Part shown: in pieces, positions 11,300-19,781 of the stretch
Layout: each line of letters begins with the position of its first letter
Position numbering within the stretch: position 1 is the first letter of the stretch
Origin: Clostridia bacterium
GTDB taxonomy: Bacteria > Bacillota > Clostridia > TANB77 > CAG-465
Reading direction: 5' to 3'
Assembly (NCBI GenBank): GCA_017536445.1
Contig: JAFXHJ010000012.1
Span: 2,348 to 66,347, forward strand
DNA length: 64,000 bases
Notes under the pieces: generated by a model
Databases searched by the model: none
The model's input: the letters and a program-made list of their open reading frames with translations, nothing else
What the model was told of the DNA's origin: nothing
Position numbers and translations under genes: made by a program

Positions 11300-11828
11300 T
11301 CCTTTATACTATATATGATATGGCAATGCGATAAGTAAATTTTGTGGCTTGAGGTCAAGTCGGATTTCCCTACAAACTACTACTCGTTGCCTTGTAGCGG
11401 TTTCCCTTTAAAGCTCGCATCTAGGTGTCGCCACACTAGCTACATGATTACCACTTAGTCCACACTGTAATCCTTAACACACTCACTGTATTGTGACAGT
11501 CTAGAGGTTTTCCCTAACATCATTTCACTATCCTTATTCGCTTTTGCAAGACTAATTTCAAAAACATAGTATCATTTATCCCGAAGTCTCACGCACGACT
11601 AGCTACAATTATATAGTACTCTCTATATAAAGGTTTACACATTATGTGAAGCTGAAAGAGGATATTATATATATGCCATTATATCTTTACCTCGATCTTA
11701 ACCCTAATACTTACGCCCCAATCTGGGCGAATGCAGCATAAACACTAGGTGCCATTAATATGCTATATGATGGATTTTTAAGCCCACCTTGAGATAGGTA
11801 CTCTTTTGACTAGAATACTGTGCCATAC
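11300..11828 (-). ncRNA. ole: candidate OLE (ornate large extremophilic) RNA
   Basis: Roughly 520-nt GC-enriched non-coding region with no ORF. It is transcribed from a consensus promoter (below) and reads through into the oapA-like gene. Boundaries are approximate. Confidence 0.5.
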
Positions 11829-11835
11829 AATATAT

Positions 11836-11864
11836 ATTATAACATTTTTAAAAATGATTGTCAA
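11836..11864 (-). promoter_or_regulatory. sigma-A promoter for the OLE-like RNA / oapA transcript
   Basis: Minus strand reads TTGACA-17 nt-TATAAT (rc of plus 11859-11864 and 11836-11841). Confidence 0.7.
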
Positions 11865-11872
11865 ATTCAAAA

Positions 11873-11905
11873 CAAAAAGCATAACAAAAGCACCCTTTCG
11901 GGTGC
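11873..11905 (-). terminator. intrinsic terminator (bidirectional hairpin)
   Basis: AAAAGCACCC-TTTC-GGGTGCTTTTGTTT: a perfect 10-bp stem flanked by A-runs and T-runs on both strands. Confidence 0.7.
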
Positions 11906-11911
11906 TTTTGT

Positions 11912-12316
11912 TTATCCTACTCTATTCTTTCTAAGCCAGTTTACCATATATTCTTTATTATACTTATCATAAAGAATTTCGTTAAGCAGCTTCTCTTCAG
12001 AAATACAGAACGCCGGAAGAAGAATTACATTCGCAATAACATCCAATTGCTCTTCATCAAAACTTTGTTCCATGATCCGTCTTGCGACCTTATATGACCA
12101 TTTGTACTGATATCTTGAAAAGAGAGCTACTCTTTCTCTAATAGACAGAACTTTTTCTTTTCCAATACCAAGCGTTTCAACTTCTTCCAAACTAACTCCT
12201 TCTGTAAAAGCACGCGCTAGGATATTTCTATCACTCGAATCAGAAAAATTCCATATGAACTGTAATTCAGCGTCTGTAGGAACGGTATGAGGTTTAATTT
12301 CGAATTCTTTAGCCAT
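11912..12316 (-). CDS. hypothetical protein
   Basis: 134-aa ORF. Confidence 0.5.
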   Translation of the reverse strand: MAKEFEIKPHTVPTDAELQFIWNFSDSSDRNILARAFTEGVSLEEVETLGIGKEKVLSIRERVALFSRYQYKWSYKVARRIMEQSFDEEQLDVIANVILLPAFCISEEKLLNEILYDKYNKEYMVNWLRKNRVG

Positions 12317-12450
12317 ATAAACACTCCTTATTTATTAAAATTTAGGCCTTTATTTTTACGCACCCGATTATTCTACCATAATGTTTTTTAAAAAGCAAAT
12401 AAGTACGTAAATTTTACGTACTTATTTTAATAATACACTAATATATTTTA

Positions 12451-14154
12451 TTACATTTTTTCTGGCGCTTCTATTCCAAGCATATTTAGGCCATTCTTTA
12501 ACACATATCCAGTTGCCTTAACTAGGGCTAATCTTGCCTTCCTTAAAGCCTCGTCCTCTACTATTATTTGACATTCATTATAATATTTAGAGAATGCACT
12601 TGCTACATCTATTATATATCTTGTTATAACAGATGGTTCATTTTCATTTGCAGCTTGTTTAAGCATATTTGGAGCTAACGCTAGAAGTTTGATTAACTCT
12701 ATTTCTTCTTGTGCAGTTAATAACTCTGCTTTAACATCTGCTTCAGTTGGTTCATATCCGGCTTTATTTATTATACTGTTTGTTCTTACATATGTATATT
12801 GTACATATGGTCCTGTTTCACCTTCAAATTTTAACATTTCATCAAGATCGAATATTTCATCTTTAATTCTGTTATTTTTAAGGTCGTTAAATATTACGGC
12901 ACCAATACCAACTGCTTTAGCAATCTTTTCTGCTTCTTCTCCAGTTTTTCCTTTAGCTTCTAATACTTGTTTAGCTTTTTCTATTGCTTCATCTATTACA
13001 TCTTTAATTGTTGTGCTTGCACCTTTACGTGTAGATAATTTTTTTCCACCTGGTCCTAAAACCATTCCAAACGGAACGTGTACTAAACCTGGTACATATT
13101 TTTCATCTACTATATATTTAGCAGTTTCAAATATTTGTTTAAAGTGTAGATTTTGTTCATAACCTGTTAAGTATAGACATTTTGTATAATCGTAAGTTCT
13201 AGCTCTATAAAGTATTGCTGCAAGATCACGAGTTGCATATGTAGTTGAGCCATTAGTTTTAAGTATCATACAAGGAACTTTTTCTGTTTCAAGTTCTACA
13301 ACTTGTGCGCCTTCACTTGGAACAAGTTTACCACTATCTCTTAACATATCTACTACTTCGCCCATTTTATCATTATAGAAAGCTTCACCGTTGTATGAAT
13401 CAAATGTTATACCTAAGATATCATAAATTCTTTTATATTCTTCTAGACTTAGTTCTCTAAATTTAGACCATAACGCTACTATTTCTTCGTCTCCTGCTTC
13501 AAGGCGTGCAAAGTTTTCTCTTGCTTTTTCTACTATAGCCTCATCTTCTTTAGCCATTTCATTTATCTTAACATATATTTCAACTAACTTTTTAATTGGC
13601 TCTTCTGTTAAATCTATATTTTGTCCAAATCTTTTATATCCTTCAATAACATAACCAAATTGAGTACCAAAATCTCCCAAGTGATTAATTCCTACTACAT
13701 TATATCCTAGTGCTTTATATATTTTAACTAAAGCAGACCCTATAACTGTTGAACGTAAATGTCCAATATGGAAAGGCTTTGCTATGTTAGGAGAAGAATA
13801 ATCTATACATATTGTCTTTCCTACTCCTTCTTCTAAGTTATAACAAGCATCTTTTTTATTTAATATATTTTTTACTGTTGTTTCTACTACAACTGTGTTA
13901 TCTGCAAAAAAGTTTAAGTATCCTGCAACTACTTCTACTTTAGAAACCCCTTCTACATCTCCTAGTTTCTCTTTTATATTGTTTGCTATCATTACGGGTG
14001 CTTTCTTAAACACACTAGCTAGCTTAAAACAAGGATATGCAAAATCTCCCATTTTGCTATCTTTAGGTGTTTCTATAGCAGCAAATACTTCATCTGTTTC
14101 TTTTTCTAATACTTTTGCTATAGCTTCTGCTATATTTAATTTTATACTGTCCAT
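12451..14154 (-). CDS. argS: arginyl-tRNA synthetase
   Basis: HIGH motif PFHIGHLRS and a DALR anticodon-binding C-terminus, 567 aa. Confidence 0.9.
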   Translation of the reverse strand: MDSIKLNIAEAIAKVLEKETDEVFAAIETPKDSKMGDFAYPCFKLASVFKKAPVMIANNIKEKLGDVEGVSKVEVVAGYLNFFADNTVVVETTVKNILNKKDACYNLEEGVGKTICIDYSSPNIAKPFHIGHLRSTVIGSALVKIYKALGYNVVGINHLGDFGTQFGYVIEGYKRFGQNIDLTEEPIKKLVEIYVKINEMAKEDEAIVEKARENFARLEAGDEEIVALWSKFRELSLEEYKRIYDILGITFDSYNGEAFYNDKMGEVVDMLRDSGKLVPSEGAQVVELETEKVPCMILKTNGSTTYATRDLAAILYRARTYDYTKCLYLTGYEQNLHFKQIFETAKYIVDEKYVPGLVHVPFGMVLGPGGKKLSTRKGASTTIKDVIDEAIEKAKQVLEAKGKTGEEAEKIAKAVGIGAVIFNDLKNNRIKDEIFDLDEMLKFEGETGPYVQYTYVRTNSIINKAGYEPTEADVKAELLTAQEEIELIKLLALAPNMLKQAANENEPSVITRYIIDVASAFSKYYNECQIIVEDEALRKARLALVKATGYVLKNGLNMLGIEAPEKM

Positions 14155-14471
14155 TATATTCCTCCATTTTTAGCATATTCTTTTATTACATTAAGAATTT
14201 CTTCTTCATTATCATCTGATGCAACTATATTACGTACTCTTGCTTTACACTTAGTACATACATATTCTATTTGCATTTGTTTCTTTCCGGTGTTTAATAC
14301 ATTTACTGGCCTTAAAAGGCCTCTACATTCATTTAACCTGTCTCCTGGTTCTATATCCACATGTAACGAATACAAACATTTATTACAGTGATCCCTAGAA
14401 GTATAGCCAAGTTTTTCAACTTGGCTTCCACAGTGTTTACAAATAAATGAATCATCGTTTTTTACAAACAT
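14154..14471 (-). CDS. small Cys-rich zinc-ribbon protein (RNHCP-like)
   Basis: CKHCGS...RDHCNKC...CTKCK cysteine pairs. Sits in an operon with argS. Confidence 0.55.
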   Translation of the reverse strand: MFVKNDDSFICKHCGSQVEKLGYTSRDHCNKCLYSLHVDIEPGDRLNECRGLLRPVNVLNTGKKQMQIEYVCTKCKARVRNIVASDDNEEEILNVIKEYAKNGGI

Positions 14472-14480
14472 GTAGCCTCC

Positions 14481-16148
14481 TTATATCTTTAAGCTTGCAT
14501 TTCCTATAAATTCTCTTACTATACTATCTCCTGGTATATCTTTAGTTTCAATTGGTAAGAACTTTTGTATAAAGTGATATAGTCTTCTTGATTCTGAGAA
14601 GTATTCACTTGATTTATCTACTTGAAGTAGTAATGGTTCTGCAAAAGTTTTTAATGCTCCAATTTCATAAACAAGACTTGTGTTAAATATATAATCTGCA
14701 TATTTAATATTTGGATATATATATTTAGTTTCACCAGTTCTTAAATTTGGCCACATAGCAAGTGTTCTTTCTACTTTGTGTCCTCGTGTGTGGTAGTCTC
14801 TTACTATTCTTCTTAACATTCTTGTATCTGTCGTAGACACTTTAGAATAATCATCTATATTAAGAGTTGTCATAGGTGCAATATATATTTTATATTTAAG
14901 TTTATCATCTATATCTTTTAACAATGCTGGATTTAAAGCATGTATTCCTTCAAGAACTATAACATCATTTGGTTTTAATCTTAAAGTTTTACCTTTATAT
15001 TCTTTTTCTCCAGTTACAAAGTTAAATTCCGGCATTTCTACAGTCTTACCATCATAAAGTGCAGCTATATGTCTGTTAAATAAATCTAAGTCCAATGCAT
15101 CTATTGTTTCAAAATCATATTCTCCGTTAGGTAGTTTGGGATTATCTTCTCTTTCTTTAAAGTAATTATCCATAGATACAACTATTGGGTTATATCCAAT
15201 AAGTTTAAGATTTATGCATAGTTTGTTTGCAAAAGTAGTTTTCCCTGATGATGACGGTCCCGCTATCATAAATAGTCTCTTAGTACCTTTTGTTTTAATA
15301 TCATTCATTAGGTCTGCCATTCTGTTTTCATGATCAGCTTCCGCAACTCTAACTATATCTGGCATTTTACCTGTTATAACTTTTTCGTTTATTTCTGGCA
15401 CATTTGTAACTCCAATTATTCTTAAGAAATCTCCATTCTTCTCAAATACTTCGTACAATGGACTTTCTGCAATCGTAGCATTAATTTTAGTTGGATCAGA
15501 ACGTTTAGGTAACATTAAAACAAATCCACGTCTAAATTTCTTTATTTCGAAATCTGGTGTACATCCGGTAGTAGGAGCAAGTATTCCATCAGTTAGACCA
15601 TATGTATCTTCTGCTTTGTATATTGTTACTGTTGGATGCATATACACAGAAATTCCTTTCAGTGCATTCGGATGTCCGTTATGTTCAAATAAGTATTTTG
15701 CTTCTTCGTAACTTACAACCATTTTTTCTATCTTAGAATTCTTTACAACTATATTTCTCATTTCTTTTAGAAGTTCTTCTGCCATAACATTTGTAAATTT
15801 CATATTTTCGCAAATGAAGTAAACAATACCATCTATTGTATTACAGACTTCTACATCAAGATTTGGATATAATCTTTGAAGAGCAATGTGTAATAAAAAT
15901 TTAACAGTTCTTACATAGACTCTATGCCCATCTTGATCTGTTAGAGTTATCTTTTCAACCTCACAATCATCCACTAATGGCACTTCTGCGCTTTTTAGAG
16001 CGTTATTTACCTTTACCGCCAGCAGATCTTTTATATCCGTTTTGTTACTTTTAAGCGCATCTAAAGCACTTGTTCCAAACTTAACATTTGCATCTTTACC
16101 ATTTTCAAATTTAACTTTTAATTTTTTGTTTTTTAACTCTTCTATCAT
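14481..16148 (-). CDS. uridine kinase / phosphoribulokinase-family nucleoside kinase with N-terminal TGS-like domain
   Basis: P-loop FMIAGPSSSGKTTFANKL plus a ThrRS-like N-terminal domain. Confidence 0.7.
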   Translation of the reverse strand: MIEELKNKKLKVKFENGKDANVKFGTSALDALKSNKTDIKDLLAVKVNNALKSAEVPLVDDCEVEKITLTDQDGHRVYVRTVKFLLHIALQRLYPNLDVEVCNTIDGIVYFICENMKFTNVMAEELLKEMRNIVVKNSKIEKMVVSYEEAKYLFEHNGHPNALKGISVYMHPTVTIYKAEDTYGLTDGILAPTTGCTPDFEIKKFRRGFVLMLPKRSDPTKINATIAESPLYEVFEKNGDFLRIIGVTNVPEINEKVITGKMPDIVRVAEADHENRMADLMNDIKTKGTKRLFMIAGPSSSGKTTFANKLCINLKLIGYNPIVVSMDNYFKEREDNPKLPNGEYDFETIDALDLDLFNRHIAALYDGKTVEMPEFNFVTGEKEYKGKTLRLKPNDVIVLEGIHALNPALLKDIDDKLKYKIYIAPMTTLNIDDYSKVSTTDTRMLRRIVRDYHTRGHKVERTLAMWPNLRTGETKYIYPNIKYADYIFNTSLVYEIGALKTFAEPLLLQVDKSSEYFSESRRLYHFIQKFLPIETKDIPGDSIVREFIGNASLKI

Positions 16149-16298
16149 AAAAAACTCCTTTGTATATTTAATCTATTCTTTTCGTTCGTTATTATGTCTA
16201 TATAACTATATACCAAATATAGAGAAAAGTCAATTGTTGCTTTACTTTTTAGAACAATTAGTATATAATAAAAACTGCTTAAAAAAGGAGTGATTTTT

Positions 16299-17393
16299 TT
16301 GAAATTAGGTATTGTTGGATTACCAAACGTTGGTAAAAGCACATTATTTAATGCTATAACAAAAGCAGGTGCAGAAAGTGCTAACTATCCTTTCTGCACA
16401 ATAGAACCAAATATAGGTACAGTATTAGTTCCAGACGAACGTTTGGAAGTATTAACAAAAATGTATGATTCTTTAAAAACAACTTATGCTACAATAGAAT
16501 TCGTAGATATAGCTGGTCTTGTTAAAGGAGCTTCTAAAGGTGAAGGTTTAGGAAATAAATTCCTATCTCACATTCGTGAAGTTGACGCTATAGTTCACGT
16601 TGTAAGATGTTTTGAAGATAAAAATATAGTTCACGTAGAAGGTAAAATAGATCCTCTAGATGATATTGAAACAATATCTTTAGAGTTAATATTCTCTGAT
16701 GTAGAAACAGTTAATAAAAGATTAGAAAGAGCAAATAAAGCAGCTAAATCTCATGATAAAGCCGCTCTTATGGAAGTAGATGCATTAAACAAATTAAAAG
16801 ATGCATTAGAAAATGGCAAACCTGCCCGTTCTGTAGAGCTTTCTGATGAAGAAAAATCTTTACTTACAGATTTATTCTTGCTTACTTCTAAAAAGGTTAT
16901 ATACATAGCAAATGTTAATGAAGATCAATTACTAGATGTAGATAATGATGCTAATGTAAATAAAGTAAAAGAATTTGCTAGCCAAGAAGGAGCTATATGC
17001 ATTCCTCTATGTGCTAAACTTGAAGAAGAATTATCTGAACTAGATGATGAAGATAGACAAGCTTTAATGGCAGACTATGGAATGACAGCATCAGGCCTAG
17101 ATTTATTAGCGGTTAAAAGTTACGAATTACTTAATCTTATGTCTTACCTTACAGCTGGTAAAACTGAAGTTAGAGCTTGGACAATAACAAAAGGGACAAA
17201 AGCTCCAGGCGCTGCCGGAAAAATACATTCAGATTTTGAACGCGGATTTATTAAAGCAGAAATAGTTTCTTATGATGACCTAATTGCTTGTGGTACATAT
17301 GCTGCAGCTAGAGATAAAGGTCTTGTTAGACTTGAAGGAAAAGAATATGTAGTTCAAGACGGCGATATTATACTATTTAAGTTTAATGTGTAA
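16299..17393 (+). CDS. ychF: ribosome-binding ATPase YchF
   Basis: LKLGIVGLPNVGKSTLFNAIT G1 motif and a TGS C-terminal domain. TTG start after GGAGTG. Confidence 0.88.
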   Translation: MKLGIVGLPNVGKSTLFNAITKAGAESANYPFCTIEPNIGTVLVPDERLEVLTKMYDSLKTTYATIEFVDIAGLVKGASKGEGLGNKFLSHIREVDAIVHVVRCFEDKNIVHVEGKIDPLDDIETISLELIFSDVETVNKRLERANKAAKSHDKAALMEVDALNKLKDALENGKPARSVELSDEEKSLLTDLFLLTSKKVIYIANVNEDQLLDVDNDANVNKVKEFASQEGAICIPLCAKLEEELSELDDEDRQALMADYGMTASGLDLLAVKSYELLNLMSYLTAGKTEVRAWTITKGTKAPGAAGKIHSDFERGFIKAEIVSYDDLIACGTYAAARDKGLVRLEGKEYVVQDGDIILFKFNV

Positions 17394-17411
17394 CAAAAAC
17401 CAAAAAAGCAA

Positions 17412-17447
17412 AACAAAAGCAGTGGATTTCCACCGCTTTTGTTTTGC
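17412..17447. terminator. bidirectional intrinsic terminator
   Basis: AAAGCAGTGGA-TTTC-CACCGCTTTTGTTTTGC. Confidence 0.65.
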
Positions 17448-17449
17448 TT

Positions 17450-17908
17450 TTAACGTCTTGTTCTAGGTTTTTGTGCAGTCATAGGATAGTACTGCGCTTG
17501 AGCAATAAGTTCGCGCTGTTTGCGATACTTTTCTCTTTTCATACGTGCACGTTCTTTCCTAAGTTTATAGCTTTCATAAATTACTGCAACAGCCCAACCT
17601 TCAAAAAGCATTAATGCAATTGAGACAAGTACTGCAATAATCTGCAACGCCTTAGGCAATTGGTAACTAAACCAAGATTTATAGCCTCCACCGAAGTAGA
17701 GTTCCTCTCTAGCTTTAGAAACCTCCTCATAGATTGCATCTGCAGCTCTCCTCATATGAGGGTCGCCGGATGCTGCTTTGAGTTCTGCCTCTGCTACATC
17801 CGAAGAAAGCAAACACATATAACCTGCAATGCAACAAGTATAAAAAGCACCTGCAAATAAAATTACTGCCACAACAATGGCTACGGACCGGACTAAAAAG
17901 TTTTTCAT
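17450..17908 (-). CDS. hypothetical 2-TM membrane protein with basic C-terminus (compositionally atypical)
   Basis: ORF with clearly higher GC and GC-rich codons than surrounding genes. Confidence 0.5.
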   Translation of the reverse strand: MKNFLVRSVAIVVAVILFAGAFYTCCIAGYMCLLSSDVAEAELKAASGDPHMRRAADAIYEEVSKAREELYFGGGYKSWFSYQLPKALQIIAVLVSIALMLFEGWAVAVIYESYKLRKERARMKREKYRKQRELIAQAQYYPMTAQKPRTRR

Positions 17909-18020
17909 TTGGAAACATCCTTTCAAAATATAATGATACCTATATTATACCACTTTTGGGTATGTTATGTCAACGTGCAAAAGTTTTTTAAAAAATTTTA
18001 ATTTTTTTAAGAAATTCTAT

Positions 18021-18049
18021 TGACATTCGTTCGTAAATTAATTATAATA
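18021..18049 (+). promoter_or_regulatory. sigma-A promoter for the tRNA operon
   Basis: TTGACA-17-TATAAT about 20 nt upstream of the first tRNA. Confidence 0.65.
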
Positions 18050-18070
18050 AATTTGTTCGCTACGATGTGT

Positions 18071-18147
18071 GGGCCTTTAGCTCAGTTGGTCAGAGCAACC
18101 GGCTCATAACCGGTGGGTCCAAGGTTCGAATCCTTGAAGGCCCACCA
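18071..18147 (+). tRNA. tRNA with CAT anticodon, most similar to tRNA-Ile2 (lysidine, CAU) rather than elongator Met
   Basis: GGGCCTTTAGCTCAGTTGGTCAGAGC...GGCTCATAACCGG...GGTTCGAATCC...CCA. Close to Bacillus tRNA-Ile(CAU) GGACCTTTAGCTCAGTTGGTTAGAGC. Encoded CCA. Confidence 0.8.
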
Positions 18148-18176
18148 CACATAAAGTAGTGAACAATATTTTATAT

Positions 18177-18483
18177 GGGCGGGTGTCCGAGTGGCTAAAG
18201 GAGGCAGACTGTAATCTTTGGTTCAAACCTAAATTTGCAGCTCATGCAAGTGATTGTGTGATGATAATCTGGCTAATTCGGGGAACTCTTAACAGGTAAT
18301 GCTGATGACAATCCCGAGCTAAAAGATTTAATCTTTGAGTGTAGAGACTTTATACCATGTATCTCCTATCGAGATAAAGAGAAAGTCCAGACTACAAACA
18401 TTATTTAATGGTAACGAAAGTTATGGTAGTAAGAAATCTGTTAGCGTACGCTTACGATGGTTCGAATCCATCCCCTCCCACCA
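18177..18483 (+). tRNA. tRNA-Tyr (GTA) interrupted by a group I intron in the anticodon loop
   Basis: 5' exon GGGCGGGTGTCCGAGTGGCTAAAGGAGGCAGACTGT (18177-18212). 3' exon AAATCTGTTAGCGTACGCTTACGATGGTTCGAATCCATCCCCTCCCACCA (18434-18483). Joined they give a class II tRNA with a long variable arm and anticodon GUA. One C4-U69 acceptor mismatch. Confidence 0.8.
18213..18433 (+). ncRNA. group I self-splicing intron (221 nt, no ORF) within tRNA-Tyr
   Basis: P/Q/R/S core elements are present: AATTCGGGGAA (P4 5'), AATCCCGAGC (P4 3'), GTGTAGAGACT (P7 5', identical to the Azoarcus tRNA-Ile intron) and AGTCCAGACTACAAAC (P7 3'). P6 (AAAGAT/ATCTTT) and P8 (TATCTC/GAGATA) hairpins are also present. The 5' exon ends in U, and an IGS GCAG can pair with exon CUGU including the U.G wobble. 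The intron ends in G. Confidence 0.75.
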
Positions 18484-18485
18484 AA

Positions 18486-18515
18486 TGCAAGTATTCAACA
18501 TACTTGTATTTTTTT
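18486..18515 (+). terminator. intrinsic terminator after the tRNA operon
   Basis: GCAAGTAT-TCAAC-ATACTTGT followed by TTTTTTTATTTT. Confidence 0.7.
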
Positions 18516-18708
18516 ATTTTCAAGTAGAGATTTAATCAATACATCAACCATTACTATTACTTCAAAATATTCAAAGTATAAAAGAACTCTATTTTAGTTT
18601 TATGTAACCTTTTACTCTCTTTTATTGCTATTTACCTATTTCTGTGATATAATATTCTCACTTTGATACAAAGAACCAAAAAATAATTATTTAAAGGAGA
18701 TTTAAAGT

Positions 18709-18891
18709 ATGGAGTTCAAAGTAGTTCAAGTAGAAGCAGCAACATCTTTCGCAGGCGCAATCAAAAAGGTTGAAAAAGAAGTAAACGAACTTCTTAAGGA
18801 AGGCTGGCAGTTAAGAGGTAATCTTAAGATCGTTCCTCACACCGAATCTACATATTTCGTTGTATATCAGGTTCTCACAAAAGAATCTTAA
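18709..18891 (+). CDS. DUF4177-like small protein
   Basis: 60 aa beginning MEFKVVQVE...LLKEGWQL. Extended -10 promoter TGATATAAT upstream. Paralogous to the next ORF. Elevated GC. Confidence 0.55.
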   Translation: MEFKVVQVEAATSFAGAIKKVEKEVNELLKEGWQLRGNLKIVPHTESTYFVVYQVLTKES

Positions 18892-18905
18892 CCAAAGGAG
18901 TTCAT

Positions 18906-19106
18906 ATGGAATATCAAGTAGTTTATGCACAAGGCGGCGAATTTTACAAAGTTGCCGAAGAGCTCGAGAAAAAGGTCAACAAGCTTCTTAAGGAAGGATG
19001 GGCCCTTCAAGGTGGTGTTACTCAATCAATAACAAAATACGAGTGGCATTTTATGTCTCAAGCAATGGTTAAAATGTCAGCCCGCAATGAGATACGTCAA
19101 CTTTAA
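18906..19106 (+). CDS. DUF4177-like small protein (paralog)
   Basis: 66 aa beginning MEYQVVYAQ...LLKEGWALQG. RBS AAGGAG. Confidence 0.55.
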   Translation: MEYQVVYAQGGEFYKVAEELEKKVNKLLKEGWALQGGVTQSITKYEWHFMSQAMVKMSARNEIRQL

Positions 19107-19122
19107 TCAAGGAGAGATACAA

Positions 19123-19731
19123 ATGACAGAACCTAAAAACTCAATCATTTGCCCAGTATGTGGCAAAACCGCTAAGCGGTTACCCATTCATGTAAATCCA
19201 CTTTACAGATGTGATGAATGTGGTTTTCTTTCAAGCGACGAAAACGTTGTAGACATCTCGTACAAAGATCATGTGTCCGCTCCACTTTCCAATCTTTATC
19301 CCCATAAATTTGTACTTTATGGATTCTATCCTACAAGTAATATTTCCGAGGAACAAATTACGATTCCTTCTATGGAATCTTTTTTGCAGGGTCTTAAGAT
19401 TAAAGACGCTACTTTACAAAATATCTTTATGACAAGATATTCTGCTATGGATGCATGTAAAATGTCTGCAACCTTAAACGACTGGAAAGAAACACAGACG
19501 CTTTGGTTTAACGGAGAACCTTACAACAGATACAGTGATGAATACACCGACCTCATTACAAAAGCCTACGATGCACTCTTTGAAACAAATGTTATTTTCA
19601 GAGAAATCGTACTTCCTAAGTTCAAGGGCAAAATCTTGATTCACACAATTGGCAAAGATTCTGAATCCGATACAGTTCTTACCGAAGCAGAATTCAGACA
19701 CCAGCTTAACAGACTTATGAAAAGGCTGTAA
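19123..19731 (+). CDS. hypothetical protein with N-terminal CxxC...CxxC zinc ribbon
   Basis: CPVCGK...CDECG motif. RBS AAGGAGAG. Probably one operon with the DUF4177 pair. Terminator hairpin at 19738-19770 (AACAAGCAGTAGTT-AAAACTACTGCTTGTT). Confidence 0.55.
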   Translation: MTEPKNSIICPVCGKTAKRLPIHVNPLYRCDECGFLSSDENVVDISYKDHVSAPLSNLYPHKFVLYGFYPTSNISEEQITIPSMESFLQGLKIKDATLQNIFMTRYSAMDACKMSATLNDWKETQTLWFNGEPYNRYSDEYTDLITKAYDALFETNVIFREIVLPKFKGKILIHTIGKDSESDTVLTEAEFRHQLNRLMKRL

Positions 19732-19781
19732 TGTAAAACAAGCAGTAGTTAAAACTACTGCTTGTTGCGTTTATTGTTCAA

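Noticed and set aside
11300-11900. Considered RNase P RNA, tmRNA, 6S RNA or a cobalamin riboswitch for the 600-nt non-coding region
   Set aside because: None of the hallmark motifs are present: RNase P GGAAAGTCC/ACAGNAA, the tmRNA tRNA-like ends and tag ORF, the B12 box. The OLE-like leader + OapA context explains it better.
18071-18147. Calling the CAT-anticodon tRNA elongator tRNA-Met or initiator tRNA-fMet
   Set aside because: The acceptor and D-arm sequence matches the Bacillus tRNA-Ile(CAU, lysidine) type far better than Met or fMet. It lacks the initiator C1:A72 mismatch and 3-GC anticodon stem.
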